Notes under the pieces: generated by a model
The model's database searches: none
Seen by the model: the letters and a program-made list of their open reading frames with translations, nothing else
What the model was told of the DNA's origin: nothing
NCBI GenBank assembly: GCA_051942205.1
Contig: JAVECO010000031.1
Span: forward strand, 62,001 to 126,000
DNA length: 64,000 bases
Direction: 5' to 3'
Source of the DNA: Coniocarpon cinnabarinum
Taxonomy: Eukaryota
Translations under genes and position numbers: made by a program
Shown: positions 11,175 through 23,130 of the stretch, piece by piece
Numbering within the stretch: position 1 is the first letter of the stretch
Layout: each line of letters begins with the position of its first letter

Positions 11175-12317
11175 CGTGCCGAGCTTTCAGATCTCTAGAT
11201 CTAAAACCCTAGTCCGAAGAGCTAACGTTCCAGATCGCAGAGCTGAGTTCCAGGATCTTAGTAGCTAGAAAAGCTAACTCGTTCTCCACAACTTCTTCTG
11301 CCGAGTATTTGTCTTGTAGATAGACGAAACAGTAGAAAACAACCCACCAGACAACCCCAAAACGAACGACTTAAAAAGAAAAACTACGCAGGTTCAGGTA
11401 CGGAGTACGGCAGGCTGCCAAGAGGCGAGCCTGAGCGACTGGGAGCACCAGGGCTGGTGATCGTAGTCACGGCTTGTCGAACGGTCTCTGAAGCGTGAAG
11501 AAAAGAGAAGAAAAGAAGGGAAGAAAGGCAGGGAAGCGTAAGGATGGACGAGATGACAGCGCCAAGCCTTTAGGCGCCCGTTCTATCGCGCCTCATCGTG
11601 TGTATTATGTGGCTGGTGAGAATAGGTGAGGCTGGTGGGCATGGAAGCTAACAACTACAATGAGTACCTAGAAATAATTTCGAACGTCGGTGGGCTGATG
11701 TCTATACTATTCTCAGGTACTTTGCAATCGGGTCTTGCTACCACGTCGTTGCCATCTTCGTTCTTGAACTAAGTAAATGTAGCCAGGCTTCAGGTGTGTA
11801 CAGAACCTTGAGACAGTAAGGGCAGTAGGAAGGGAATAGTAGTACCAAGTAGAGAAGTGCTAATGCGCTTCTACTTAGAGCACTTCTTCTCCTCGACGCT
11901 TTTTTGCTAAGAGGACTTCTCTTCCTCAGCACACTTCTCCTCAGAGTACACCCTCTTCTTGGAGCGCTTTCACTATTTCAACCTCTACCGCCTATACTCA
12001 CTATGCCACCGGCTTGATAGATATTATAAATCCAACAACGGCACCGACGTACCAGCAAAACCACGCAGACAGCAGTAGGCTACTTACACTGAGTTGTTTC
12101 TTCGCCTACCCCTTTTTTTCTCTTCAGGGCATATGACACGAGAAGGAGGACTGATGAAATGAAGTGGTGAAATCGTATATCTATTTTCTCATCGCAAGCA
12201 GCAGATCTCTTTTTCTATCTGCGCATAATCTATGTGATAAAAGTTCGATATGTGCAAGAAGCGAAACCCGTCATATGCATATCTCACACGCACATCTCTC
12301 ATCTCTCATATCCTCCA

Positions 12318-14417
12318 TCAGTGACTGACACGCCCACCCTCTTCGATCACGCCCCATACACTCCGTCGCTTCAACCACGTCTCCTCATCAGGCTGATCCG
12401 AATTATCCACAATCACAGGGCTCGCTGCACGTGAGGTTGACTCGCTCAGCCTTGCTAACGTCGGATTGTCGTCTCGTTTCTTGCGTGACGATGTCCGTGG
12501 CAGCATCTGCATCTTCTGTGGCGTCCCTCTTGCGGCGATTGGCTGAGCGACCGCCACTTTGGGACTGCTCGGGTCATCATAGGAAATCTGCGGGGAACGA
12601 CCAGGCGCTTTGAGGGGATGCGAACGCAAGGATGCGCTGCGCGACATCATTGGCATGTGAGTCGGCGCAGCAGAGGGCATTGGAGGCCTCTCTTCGTCTG
12701 AACGAGCGCTGTGGAAAGATTCCATTTCTGGTGAGACAGAGGGACCGGGGCTGCCGACTACCTGACCTGATGATTTCGATCGGCTGTGAGAGTGTGCGAT
12801 TGATGGTCGATCTGACCAGCTCGATGACACGCTTGACCCTCTTGTGATGGGCGAGTCGGGGCTGAAGTCGGGCGACCGCAACTCTCGAGGTTCAATGCGA
12901 CTAAGTGGCGACGGCCCGGGTCTGTCCTGCCCACGGCTTCCTGGAAGGCCCACGCCCGTGTGCAGTCCTAGGCCCTCAACAGTCTCAGCACGATCCAGGT
13001 GCTGAGACAAGATATGGTCCCGCGGCACAGCCGGTGATGAAGCTATTAGTTGAGGCTCTGGCGTGACTGCCGGTCCAACAGCAATACCGTCCCCTGCTTG
13101 CGATCGAGTGGCGGTAGGCGTGTGGAATGAGCTCACAGAGGGATTCGGCGAAGGTTTGACAGTCGGGAACAGTGAGTAGCTTGACATCTTGGGGGTGCCT
13201 GATGACGTGGAAAGTCCAGGCGAGTGCAGCGGAGGATCAATTTTGGGAAGAGGTCGCAATTGGTCCGCTTCCGATGCGTTTGTGATCGGCTTATCTCGGT
13301 CAGACACCGATTTCTCTACTTGAGAAGGCTGCGCTGACTGTATGGTATCAACAGATGCGATAGGCTCGTGTTTGGCGGCATCTCCGTCAGTCGTGCTGGC
13401 ATTCACAGACGCGGTCGCTCCTGAACTCTGCCTGAGCAGTTCACTGAACATGATGCTGTATCTCTCAAATTCAGTCTCAGGTATCGCCACATCCAGCTGC
13501 GGACGACTTCCTCGTTTGCGGACTTGCTCCTGGAAGTCAGTCCATGGACCTGCAGCAGGACCACTCGCTTTCGCCGCCCGGCCAAGCTTGCTGGCTGTCC
13601 GTTGCAAACAGGAAGGCTTCTCCTCCTTGCTCTTGTTGACTGAACGAGATCGCATTCGCGGTCGCATGGAACTTCCCCGTGTCGGCCATTGGGGAGGCTC
13701 AGGTTCTTCCACAATGGTTGGTTGCTGAGGAAGAGCTCGCCTTGGCTTTGCGGTCTTCGCGGGCGCGGATGGTGAGCCAGTTTGCGCCACTTTTTGCTCT
13801 GGTCGAGGCTGAAGCGCCAACGGATGTACCGGCGCGGCCTTCCTCTTCTTAAAGAGCTCCCCGACCGAGCGCCATCCCCTCGGCTTCGATTGGAGAGAGG
13901 GGCGCTCTTTGACGTCCCAGTCGGGGACGTATGGAGCAATGGCGGTATCCGTGTTGGCTCGTGGAAGTCTACGCGCCAGATCTTCCCTTGGATGTCGGGG
14001 TGCGCTCTCGGCTCGAGAACGGATGGGCGTGCTGGTCGACCGCTGAGTAGGCGACCCGACAGCGACACCAATCCTGCCGGGGTCTGAGCTGATATCCTGT
14101 GTCTGAAGCGATCCGAGGGGCACTTTTGGCACTGCTGGGGCCACATGTGACTGTGGACCTTCTGAAGTGAGGGGCCGTGAAAAACTCATCCGGCGTGGAT
14201 TTCTGGCAGTGGCTTGTGCGGTGCTTGGACGACGTAGCCCGGTTGCTGGGCTCTGTTGCGCAAGAGGTTTGAAGTCTTGCAGAGGCGCTTTTTTGGAATC
14301 CATGATCCCGACTTGGGCGATGACGAGGCTTGAATGGGGGGAGGTAAGTGCCGAAATTTGCCCTTGCTCCACCGAAAGATCCTTGAACGTTCTGGGCTCT
14401 GGAGGCCGATGAGGCAT
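12318..14417 (-). CDS. Hypothetical Pro/Ser/Arg-rich, largely disordered protein
   Basis: 699-aa ORF of low complexity. Short ordered islands include IGVAVGSP and LDVAIPETEFERYSIMFSELL. The start may be a later Met. Confidence 0.7.
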   Translation of the reverse strand: MPHRPPEPRTFKDLSVEQGQISALTSPHSSLVIAQVGIMDSKKAPLQDFKPLAQQSPATGLRRPSTAQATARNPRRMSFSRPLTSEGPQSHVAPAVPKVPLGSLQTQDISSDPGRIGVAVGSPTQRSTSTPIRSRAESAPRHPREDLARRLPRANTDTAIAPYVPDWDVKERPSLQSKPRGWRSVGELFKKRKAAPVHPLALQPRPEQKVAQTGSPSAPAKTAKPRRALPQQPTIVEEPEPPQWPTRGSSMRPRMRSRSVNKSKEEKPSCLQRTASKLGRAAKASGPAAGPWTDFQEQVRKRGSRPQLDVAIPETEFERYSIMFSELLRQSSGATASVNASTTDGDAAKHEPIASVDTIQSAQPSQVEKSVSDRDKPITNASEADQLRPLPKIDPPLHSPGLSTSSGTPKMSSYSLFPTVKPSPNPSVSSFHTPTATRSQAGDGIAVGPAVTPEPQLIASSPAVPRDHILSQHLDRAETVEGLGLHTGVGLPGSRGQDRPGPSPLSRIEPRELRSPDFSPDSPITRGSSVSSSWSDRPSIAHSHSRSKSSGQVVGSPGPSVSPEMESFHSARSDEERPPMPSAAPTHMPMMSRSASLRSHPLKAPGRSPQISYDDPSSPKVAVAQPIAARGTPQKMQMLPRTSSRKKRDDNPTLARLSESTSRAASPVIVDNSDQPDEETWLKRRSVWGVIEEGGRVSH

Positions 14418-16377
14418 TATTCAGAAGCGAATGTGAAGTGAAATGTGCTGCAGCGAACGATGAAGAAAGCGAGTGACTGCAACGGTGGCGGTCGCAGCGA
14501 CAAATGAGCAGAAAGGAAGGCCAAACCTGAGCTGCCTAAGCTGCCGAAGCCAGACCAACAGAGCGAGGTTGCGCTGCAGCACAGCTGATACGTCGAATTG
14601 GACGGACCAGTGGAGGGACGCGCTCGCTTGAAGGGCGCTCAAGGAAAGGTAGAATGGAGATCAAACAGCAGTGGAGCAATGTTACTGAGTAGGACAGGCA
14701 AGGACGCGTGTAAGCATGCAGGCGGGGTATCGAGTTGGAGTATTGGAAGAGGGAACCGGCGAAAAGATTAAAGTGAAGAATTGGCGATGAAACTGCAGGG
14801 ATGGAGAAGCTGTCAGTGTTTCAGGAAAGCTGGGGGGGGATGTGGTGATGCGCGCAGCAAGGTATTAAAGGTCGGTAAAAGCATTAACGCAGAGCATCAG
14901 AACGACTTTAGACGCCATCGATCAGCTTCATCGTAGCAAATCGTCTTGACCGAATCGCAGGCAGATTTGTGACAGCCCACAGTCCCGCCACGAGCGACGA
15001 GTGACGAGAGGGTGCCTGGCTGTTCACGCGCAATCTTCGTGGATGTCGAGTCGCAGGGACGGGCGGAGCAGTGGTTGGTCTGATGCACGCGGCGGGCGGC
15101 GAGGTTAAAGCGAGGTCACGGCGTGGTCGGTGAGGAGATCAGCAGCGATTGGACACATGGCCCATCTTTCATCTCAGCAGCCTGTCGAGCGCGGCAGTCC
15201 TTTGATTGCGCGTGCAGAAGCGTCATTGGCAGTGTCGTGTCAAGGGGGAGATTGATTAATTGAAGTTGGGGGCGCTTCACGCGAGCGCGGTGTCACGTTG
15301 CGTGAGGCCGGCACGGGCCAGGAGGCTAGCGGCGGACGCTAGGCAGCGGAAGGACTCCACTGGCAAGTGCCTGCTTCCCCAAACTCTGTTTTTGCAGAAC
15401 AGCACATCCCCTCGACAGCGGGCAAGGTGGGCGATTCGGACCGTTCGTTCATGCTGTCAAGCTGCCGGCCCACATTTGGTCGGGCAGAGAGATGAAAGAT
15501 GGAGACCCCATCTGCACCGGATCAAGTTCTCGACCACCCATGCCCTGTCCGCACCGAGTACCGAGACCTGCGACTTGCCTGTCCGAGCACGCCGAGCCTG
15601 TCCCGCAATCAAATCCACCACGTCTGATGTCCCTTACTCACTCGAATCCAAGACATAACAGGCCGTCTCCATTCTGAGTCCTTGTTTCACATCCGCATTA
15701 GGCGCTGCGCCAGTGCCCCGTCATCATCCCTGGTCCTGGATTATCCGTGGCGACGCTTCAGACCTAGCGTGCCCTATTCCTCTCATTGCAGAATTAGAGA
15801 TGCTTGGGACGGGATTGAAACAGGCGCCGATCGCGGCCGACGTAGTCGCATGAATCTAAACCGGTCTCGTGAGGTCGAAGAGATCACTTGTCTAGAGAGG
15901 TTTATAAAAACAAGTTGGAGGCAGCGGGACAACACTAACTACCGTGTTCTGTGTTTCCTGCATTGAATCACTACGCACCTCCTCCTCCGCCGCCCTCATC
16001 CCGGATACAGGCGTCCACCGCGGAGACTTGGGGCGCATGCTGAATGCGTATCGATTGTCAGACGAGGGATTCGCGGTGTGCGAGTCAAGAGGTGCCTAAT
16101 GCAAACTTCCTGTCTTAGCAGAGACGGCAAGGATGACGGGCCAGTGGTGGGGGTTGTGCCTGGGTATTGGAAGAGCACGTTCGATAAATCATGAAACAAT
16201 AAAACCGGTATATGTATTGCATCGCTGAGATATCACTGCATCAAATGCACTCGCTACCAATATGGGTTATGTAATGGTCGTAGCATCGTCCAAATCCCAG
16301 AGTTGTACATTCATCTTTACAGTGTCTCGAGCAGTGCGCCAACGCATGCAATGCCCCCCATGCATGTACCAGAAGCC

Positions 16378-17913
16378 TTATCTTTGCTCTTGTGAATGCT
16401 CGGTATTTTCACCATCCGTGTGGGCACTGCCTTCCCCGGCGGTATCCTGAGGATGGTGGCGTGACAAACGATTTTGCGTCGCCTGCCTCCATCGTCTTAA
16501 TGCGGAGATTCGCTCCTCCGGATTGGAGTCTTGCATTCGTCGACGATCCAAGAAATTAAGAATAGTGTCGCGTCGACGATTGCGGCCTTGACTCTCGTTG
16601 AGGGGTGGCGGAAGAGGCTCGCCTTCTCGGCTGCCTCGACGGTCATTCCCTTGCTGCTGGTTGGCATTGTCACCTGAACCCCGTTCTTCTTTCGGCCTCA
16701 GGTCCACTCGACAGAGCGGACACGTGCCTGATACGTCAAGCAGCCAAGGATCGACACACGCTGGATGAAACTTGTGATCGCACGGTAGTACACGAATGTC
16801 TTGACCCTTCTCAAAATCTTCAGTGCATATTGAGCAGCTGACGTTCTCGTCAGCTTTCGGGTCTCCTTTGTTGCCATCATCGCTAGATTTGCTTGCTGCT
16901 GAGGCGAGTGCTTCCGTGTCAGACGCTTGTTGAGCTTCTGTAGGCCGTGAAGCATTCTCCTGCGCGCGCGATGAGCCCTGCCGGTGTTCTTCAGCCTCCC
17001 TTACAGCAGCTGCAGACGAAGAGCCTCCCTCGCCGAGTTCCACATCCCCAGATTTCGGTGGCTGCTTCTCTCCAAACTTGACAATCGGAATAGTGTCCAA
17101 CATCGCCCGCGCAAGACCTTTTGCTCTGCTTTGACGAGGCCGGCCCAGGACATTGTGAGGCCCATATCGCTCAGGATGGCGATGTGCCCGCACAGCTCCG
17201 GTGACGATGATGACTAAGAATAAGGCAGTGATCACGCCGGTAATGCTGTAAAGAATAATCATCGCTACAGCAGTGGAAGGCGCATTATCAATGCCATTCG
17301 CATTAGACCCAGCGTTCATAACATTGGTGTAGGCAGCCTGCGTCATGATCTCCGCTGCGCCAGTGTTGCCTGCCAGCATACCACTGATAGAACTCAAAAC
17401 GCGATTAGCGTCGGCGACGTTGACCATGGTGAAAAAACGGCCATAAGCTGTTTGCGCTTGGTTGAAAGTCGCATTGATGACGCAGAAGTTTTGGTCAATG
17501 CTGTAGAACAGAACGGCAGACACGTTCGCAGCCACCGCGCTGTCCACGACATTGGACAGACCAATGTTCCCGCCAGCATAGTTTTGGGGGTCGCAACTTA
17601 TGTAAGCGATCGCTCTGGCTGGGATTGAAATGTTGTTGGATGTCTGTGGATTTGTGTTCCATAGATGATCTCCTATGCCTGAGAGGGTATTCGGATCGCG
17701 CGAAGGAAGACCGGCAGCGGTGGGTGTCAAGGCGAAGATGGCCGGGTCATTGGCACCAGCGGGAGTGATTGGGAGGCCAAGAACCAGCTGGTCGGTAGTA
17801 TTGTTGCTAGGCAGGTAGCTCGAGGAGTTGGAGGGAACCACGGGGACAGTGACATCTTGGGCATGGCTGAACAGAGGCAGGAGGAGGAGCAGAGGGAGAA
17901 GTGAGGCGAGCAT
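16378..17913 (-). CDS. Membrane-anchored RING-H2 E3 ubiquitin ligase (signal peptide, PA-like luminal domain, TM, RING-H2)
   Basis: Signal peptide; TM AVAMIILYSITGVITALFLVIIVTGAV; RING-H2 CSICTEDFEKGQDIRVLPCDHKFHPACVDPWLLDVSGTCPLC. Confidence 0.9.
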   Translation of the reverse strand: MLASLLPLLLLLPLFSHAQDVTVPVVPSNSSSYLPSNNTTDQLVLGLPITPAGANDPAIFALTPTAAGLPSRDPNTLSGIGDHLWNTNPQTSNNISIPARAIAYISCDPQNYAGGNIGLSNVVDSAVAANVSAVLFYSIDQNFCVINATFNQAQTAYGRFFTMVNVADANRVLSSISGMLAGNTGAAEIMTQAAYTNVMNAGSNANGIDNAPSTAVAMIILYSITGVITALFLVIIVTGAVRAHRHPERYGPHNVLGRPRQSRAKGLARAMLDTIPIVKFGEKQPPKSGDVELGEGGSSSAAAVREAEEHRQGSSRAQENASRPTEAQQASDTEALASAASKSSDDGNKGDPKADENVSCSICTEDFEKGQDIRVLPCDHKFHPACVDPWLLDVSGTCPLCRVDLRPKEERGSGDNANQQQGNDRRGSREGEPLPPPLNESQGRNRRRDTILNFLDRRRMQDSNPEERISALRRWRQATQNRLSRHHPQDTAGEGSAHTDGENTEHSQEQR

Positions 17914-18630
17914 AGTTGTTGTAGAGACGCCGAGCCGGCAGTCGCCGCTACCACGACATGCGCAGGAATCGAGGACACGTTCAAGAGCAAACGCGGCGAC
18001 CGCTCTCTAAGGATTTTGAAAAGAGGAATCAGCTGGAGATGGCTCGATGAGGCCGCGGATAGGCCAGGGATGATGGAAGAGGAGTAGAGATAGGTAGGGT
18101 GAAAGCGAAGGGAGATGGAGATGGCGCGTGCATGGAAGAGGAGGGAGGAGGAGCAGCACAGACTCAGTCAATATCGCCGACGGCGCCGGCAGGGTGAGAC
18201 AGCGCCATTCCTGCTGATTGGCCGAGGTTGATGGTTAGTTGGGCTGGGGTTGAGCAGGGTCCAGATCTCGGGCCCGCCTGATTGGGAATGTCCACTTTCG
18301 TCATCACCCCGACTCCTCCCATCTCATCTCGTTTATGCACTCCACATGGCTCACGTCACCACCGCTCAGCCATCCACAACGACGCGGCTGCTGCAAAGAC
18401 CTGCATGCTAGACTTTTCCCATTACAAGCCCTAGATGTCTTGACATGGCAAATACAATGTGCTCGTTGCTCTATCCACCGTGTTACACAGCTACTGGGTG
18501 GGCTGTCTATCAACGTATTCGAAGATTCCAATGTGAAATATCAACCCTGTCGCTCCGTGCGTTCACCTGGGCCATCGTCTATGTCTAATTTCATCAGTAT
18601 CGTAAACTCTGTTTCCACATCAAATCCGTG

Positions 18631-21399
18631 CTACGCATGTCGCGCTTGCATGACCAGCAGACTGCCCTGGCACTGGTCGTCACTTCCACTCCTCTTCCCC
18701 TGTCGAGCTTGCATCAGCAACAGTTTGTCTGCAAATCCCCCCAGACAGCTGGGATTCGGCACGATATCATAGGCACTGTCCGCCGTCCGCGCCCGTCTGA
18801 GGGATGGCTTCAAGGGGTTGTGGTTGCGGCCCAAGAGAACTAGGCTGTTGCGCTTGTCAAGGTCTTCAGCGAGCGCTGTTGAGACTCCCTCGGTTGCTTC
18901 TGAACGCAGCTTGTAATGGTCCGTGTTGATGATTTGCACTCGTCGCGCCGTTTCGTTGGGCAAGGACGCTCTAATCGATTCCAGGAACCGTTGTCGTTGC
19001 TCGGAAGAGGTTGTGGCTAGCGGGCCGATTTTGACGCGCCCAGAGTTTTTCTCGTCAGCTTCCACGGTACCGAAGTGGAGATCTGGTGCCGAATCGCCGC
19101 TACTAGTGCCGTCCATGCTATAGATGCGCACGTCTGCATGACAGTGACCAGCCAGCTGCAGCGCAAAACGTACGGCGACCTTGTCATCGCTCGAGCCGAA
19201 GAAAGGTACACTCAACAACATCCTCTCAGGGTACCCGTAGGCAAGTGCCTGCGCCTCAGAGCTGTGACTAATGACGACACCTACATGGCAGAGGTCTTCT
19301 GCTATGTTGAACGTCTCTTGCACAAACGTACTGAATGGTGAACTTGCCAGTCTTGACCTTGAGTCGGTGTTTGAGACAATTGCAGCTTCAGACATGCTGC
19401 CTGAACCCGTCCAGGGCAGCAATAGCAGATCCGAGGACAGCTCCTGTGCCTTGTCGGACAGCACTTGAGCGTAGGTTGATTCCGGAGCAACTCCAACCTC
19501 ACCCGAAGTAGTCACGCCGCTGAGAGCGCCAAGGGCCAAGAATGTGTTCACCACCGGATCATGCACAGTATACTCCGCAACTTCAGAAACTTTCATGACA
19601 GATGAATCTCTGTCTGTAAGCGGAAGCAGACGAAGCCCATGCGCCATGATTGCCTCTGAAATCGATGATCGTGTTGCAGTGCTTTGACTTCTTTCCGTGT
19701 CGAGGTTGGTCGCAGAGCCTGACCCATCGCGCCTCAAGCAGGACACGATCGAAAGAGTCGTCGGCAAGCTATCCAGGCGCAGATAGATCATTATTTTGCG
19801 AATAGGCGAAGCCTCTGATTTCTCGGATTGTATAGGGTCCTGACTCTCGCTACCGTCGAGTCGGCGGCCAGTGTCCCAGTCGATCTCTCCACGCTTCCAC
19901 GCCTCCAGCTTTTGCTGGTGGGTAGGTGGATAGAGAAAGCTCGTCAACGGAGTTGTTGCGAAAGTGGTAACCAATGCCATTACAACGAAGATGGTGAACG
20001 TTCTTTGGCTGAGGATCCTGGCTTGCAACCCAATGTTGAGGACGATGAGCTCCACCAAGCCTTTGCAGCTCATTAAAGAACCAATCGTGAAACACTCGCG
20101 CCACACCAATCCATTCATACGAGCTGCAATAGACCCTCCTATCATCTTACCGCAGAAAGCGACCGCAATGACTCCCACAACGTAAGCCCAGGTCAGTCCA
20201 CTGTCCAACAATCCAAGGTTTGTGCTTAGTCCAGAAAGAGCGAAGTAAAGCGGTAATAGTAACGTAGTGACCAAGTCTTCAATCTTTTCCGTCACTTTGA
20301 TGGCAAAACCGCTCTCATGAGGGCAGATCAGTCCAGCAAGAAAGGCGCCGAAGATTGGATGAACGCCGATAATGCCGGTGAAGAATGCCGAGCCCAGAGC
20401 TATGAGAAGTGTCAATGCGACCACAGATTGTGTAGGACCATCTTCTAGACTTCGCGTTCGTTTCAGGATCAGCATGAAGACTGGTCGAACAGCAAAACAC
20501 AAGAAGAGAATAAAGCCAACGCAAACCAGCAGCACCCACAAGGCAGTGATACCGCTGCCCGCATTGACGAGCGCCACACAGAGAGCCAAGAGAATCCAAC
20601 CGACAACATCGTTGCCAACTCCTGCAGCAAGGACGATGACCCCGACTGGGGTGGACAACAGTTTGAGTTCTGTCAGGATACGACAAAGAACAGGAAATGC
20701 CTGCGACGTTGTCAGCATCAGAATCCAGCTTGGTTTGTGAACAAAAGATTTGCATACAGTGATGGCCATTGCAACGCCGACAAACAACATGTACACCGAA
20801 AACTCGATGTAGACGGTACCAGCATCGTGTCGAAAGTGGTCATACAAACCCCAGGCAATAGCACATCCCAAGCCAAAGGGCATCGCCATGCCGGCTATTC
20901 CAACCGTCGCAGCAACGCGCCAATGCTTGATTAAGAAGCGAAGATCGACCTCCAAGCCAACCAAGAAGAGGAATAAAACAAGACCGAGATTAGCCGCAAG
21001 CGTCAGCGCAGGCATGGAAGCAGTCGGGAAGATGCTCTCAGTGAAATTAGGAATTCGACCCATCACACTTGGACCTAGCAAGATGCCACCAATGACTTCT
21101 GCGATGACACGAGGCTGTCGAATCTTTGAAAGTGGCCAGTGGAGCAAGCGGCAGAAGATGAGGATGATGGCGGCCTAAACATTGTTCACCTAAGTCATGG
21201 GCTTGCAAGCTCGTCAAGCTGCTGGTAATCTTACCTGGATGATGAAGACGGTGATGGGATTTTTGGGGTCATAATCGACTGGATTTTGGCCTTCTAAGAT
21301 GCCTACTGAAGCGGCACGCTGAGTGGAGGATGGTGAAGAAGAAGTCTGAGTGGTGGTGACGGTGCTTGTAAGGACGTCTGACAGTGTACCTGTCGCCAT
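18631..21399 (-). CDS. KHA1: K+/H+ antiporter, CPA2 family (introns ~21234-21175 and ~20758-20701)
   Basis: QPRVIAEVIGGILLGPS, LFLFLVGLEVD, AIT/AFPVLCRILTELKLL, GNDVVGWILLAL, PLYFALSGLSTNLG, LMSCKGLVELIVLNIG. Many TM segments followed by a soluble C-terminal tail. Confidence 0.9.
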
Positions 21400-23130
21400 A
21401 GCTGCTATTTTCGATGACAGAAATCTTCAAATTGGGTCCGGCCTACACTTTACTGGAAGACCATCAAGAAGTGAACAAAGCAACGGCAATTACTCAATTC
21501 AGCTGGTGAGCTCAACGCAAACCGGACGAATTTCGTAAAGTGTTGAGAAGTAAGCATCGTTGTCAGAGCGAGACCGACATTACTTATTTGCTCTTTCAAT
21601 CAAGATATGCGGATGATGTTGAGCAAACGAGCAAGTGCACTGACGAGGAAGCCATCAGCAGGCGAGAAGGCATCTGGCACAGTACCGTCAAAGGTCGGCG
21701 TTCTAGACTGCATCCAACCAGAGATTGAGCAAGAACAGCCTGAGAGCTGAGGCATTCAGCACGCGCACGAGGTTACCTCCAGCTTATGCTTCGACCGAAA
21801 GCTTGGCCTTGTGGGCGTGGTCAGTAACTTCGTAGGAGCTTCTATATGCGCTGTCAGGAGGTAAACATTGTATATAGATGACGAAGCCAGAGCAGAAACC
21901 CACAGGCCTGGCAGTCCAATACACTCGCGAAACAAGCATGCGACAAGTGCGGAGATTAGGATTGCGGGTCTCTCCATTCTATTCACTGAGAGCAAGCCAC
22001 GTGACACTCGAGCCGACGATCTGACAGGATCTTGGCTCTCTGTCCTCCAAAATCGGCTAGCGTTGACCGGCCATTCGCAGCCACGATCGCGACTCACGTG
22101 AAGAGACTCAGCACCGCCACACATCACTCGATCTTCGACGCGAACGGTCACCATGGCATTCTGAGATGCGCTAGGGCTTACTGGGCCGCCTCCCACTTTC
22201 TTTGCTCGAGTCATCAAGACTTCGAGCATGCGAAATGGACCATCTTTACGCTGGGTCAGTGGTGATTGACCGGCGCACGAGACACGTCAGCTCGCCATGC
22301 TCGAAAATGACTAGACTCATGTGGGCAGCCCATCACTTACGAGTCTCCACCCACCATCCCCCGTATCCTGCCTGCTCTCCTCTCGCGACTGTCTCGCATC
22401 AAACCGAGCATCATCCACCCGAAAAGGCCTCTTTTCTCTGCCTCATTGGCTTCTCCCGACCCAATCCCCACAAAGCTCACAGCCCCATGATTCAGCATTG
22501 CCTCGCACATGCGGACGCCTCAGGCCGACATGCTCATCATACGTCATCAAGGATTTCAAGGCACCTGGAACAAGGCAACAGCCACAGGCGTAGCAAATGC
22601 CTGCTCTCACACGGAGCGCATATGCAATCGAAGCCTCCCGGGCTTCTTTGTGGCTAACCGTTCGTGTGTCGGTTGCTCGAAACCTCTCAGAGATCGTAGG
22701 TGGTGCAGTGGTGACACGAGATGGACCGGCGTAAGACACGAGATGACACTTCCACAACTCCGAAGACGGGGAAGCTGTGGAGTGCGCATTGGAGCTATTG
22801 ATCGGGTTTCGCGCGAACACCCCGGATTGACCAAACGTTGTTGCAAGCATCCGTCGATCCTCAATCACCGCCGCCTTGCTCTTGCAGGGCCCCCAGGCAA
22901 TATTGGGTATGTGACCTGCCAGGTACTCTCGTATAACCAGGACCAAGCTCTGTTCGCAGCCTGCAAAGTACGTACTCGTCGTGTCGTCGTCTTGCATTGT
23001 GGGTTTTCCGTCTGTTGTAACATTGTTTCGCTCATTCATGCTGATCCGTCTTTTTCTTTTCTCTCTTCGTTCCTTCGCCGCCTTTCAGTCGCCGTAGCGT
23101 CGTGCTTCTTCGTCCTTCCCTTTCTACAAA

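Noticed and set aside
21756..23100. Several 150-260-aa ORFs between KHA1 and the ASST gene
   Set aside because: Arg/Cys/His-rich composition typical of non-coding frames. The ASST start was resolved at 23131, so these ORFs are not needed as exons.
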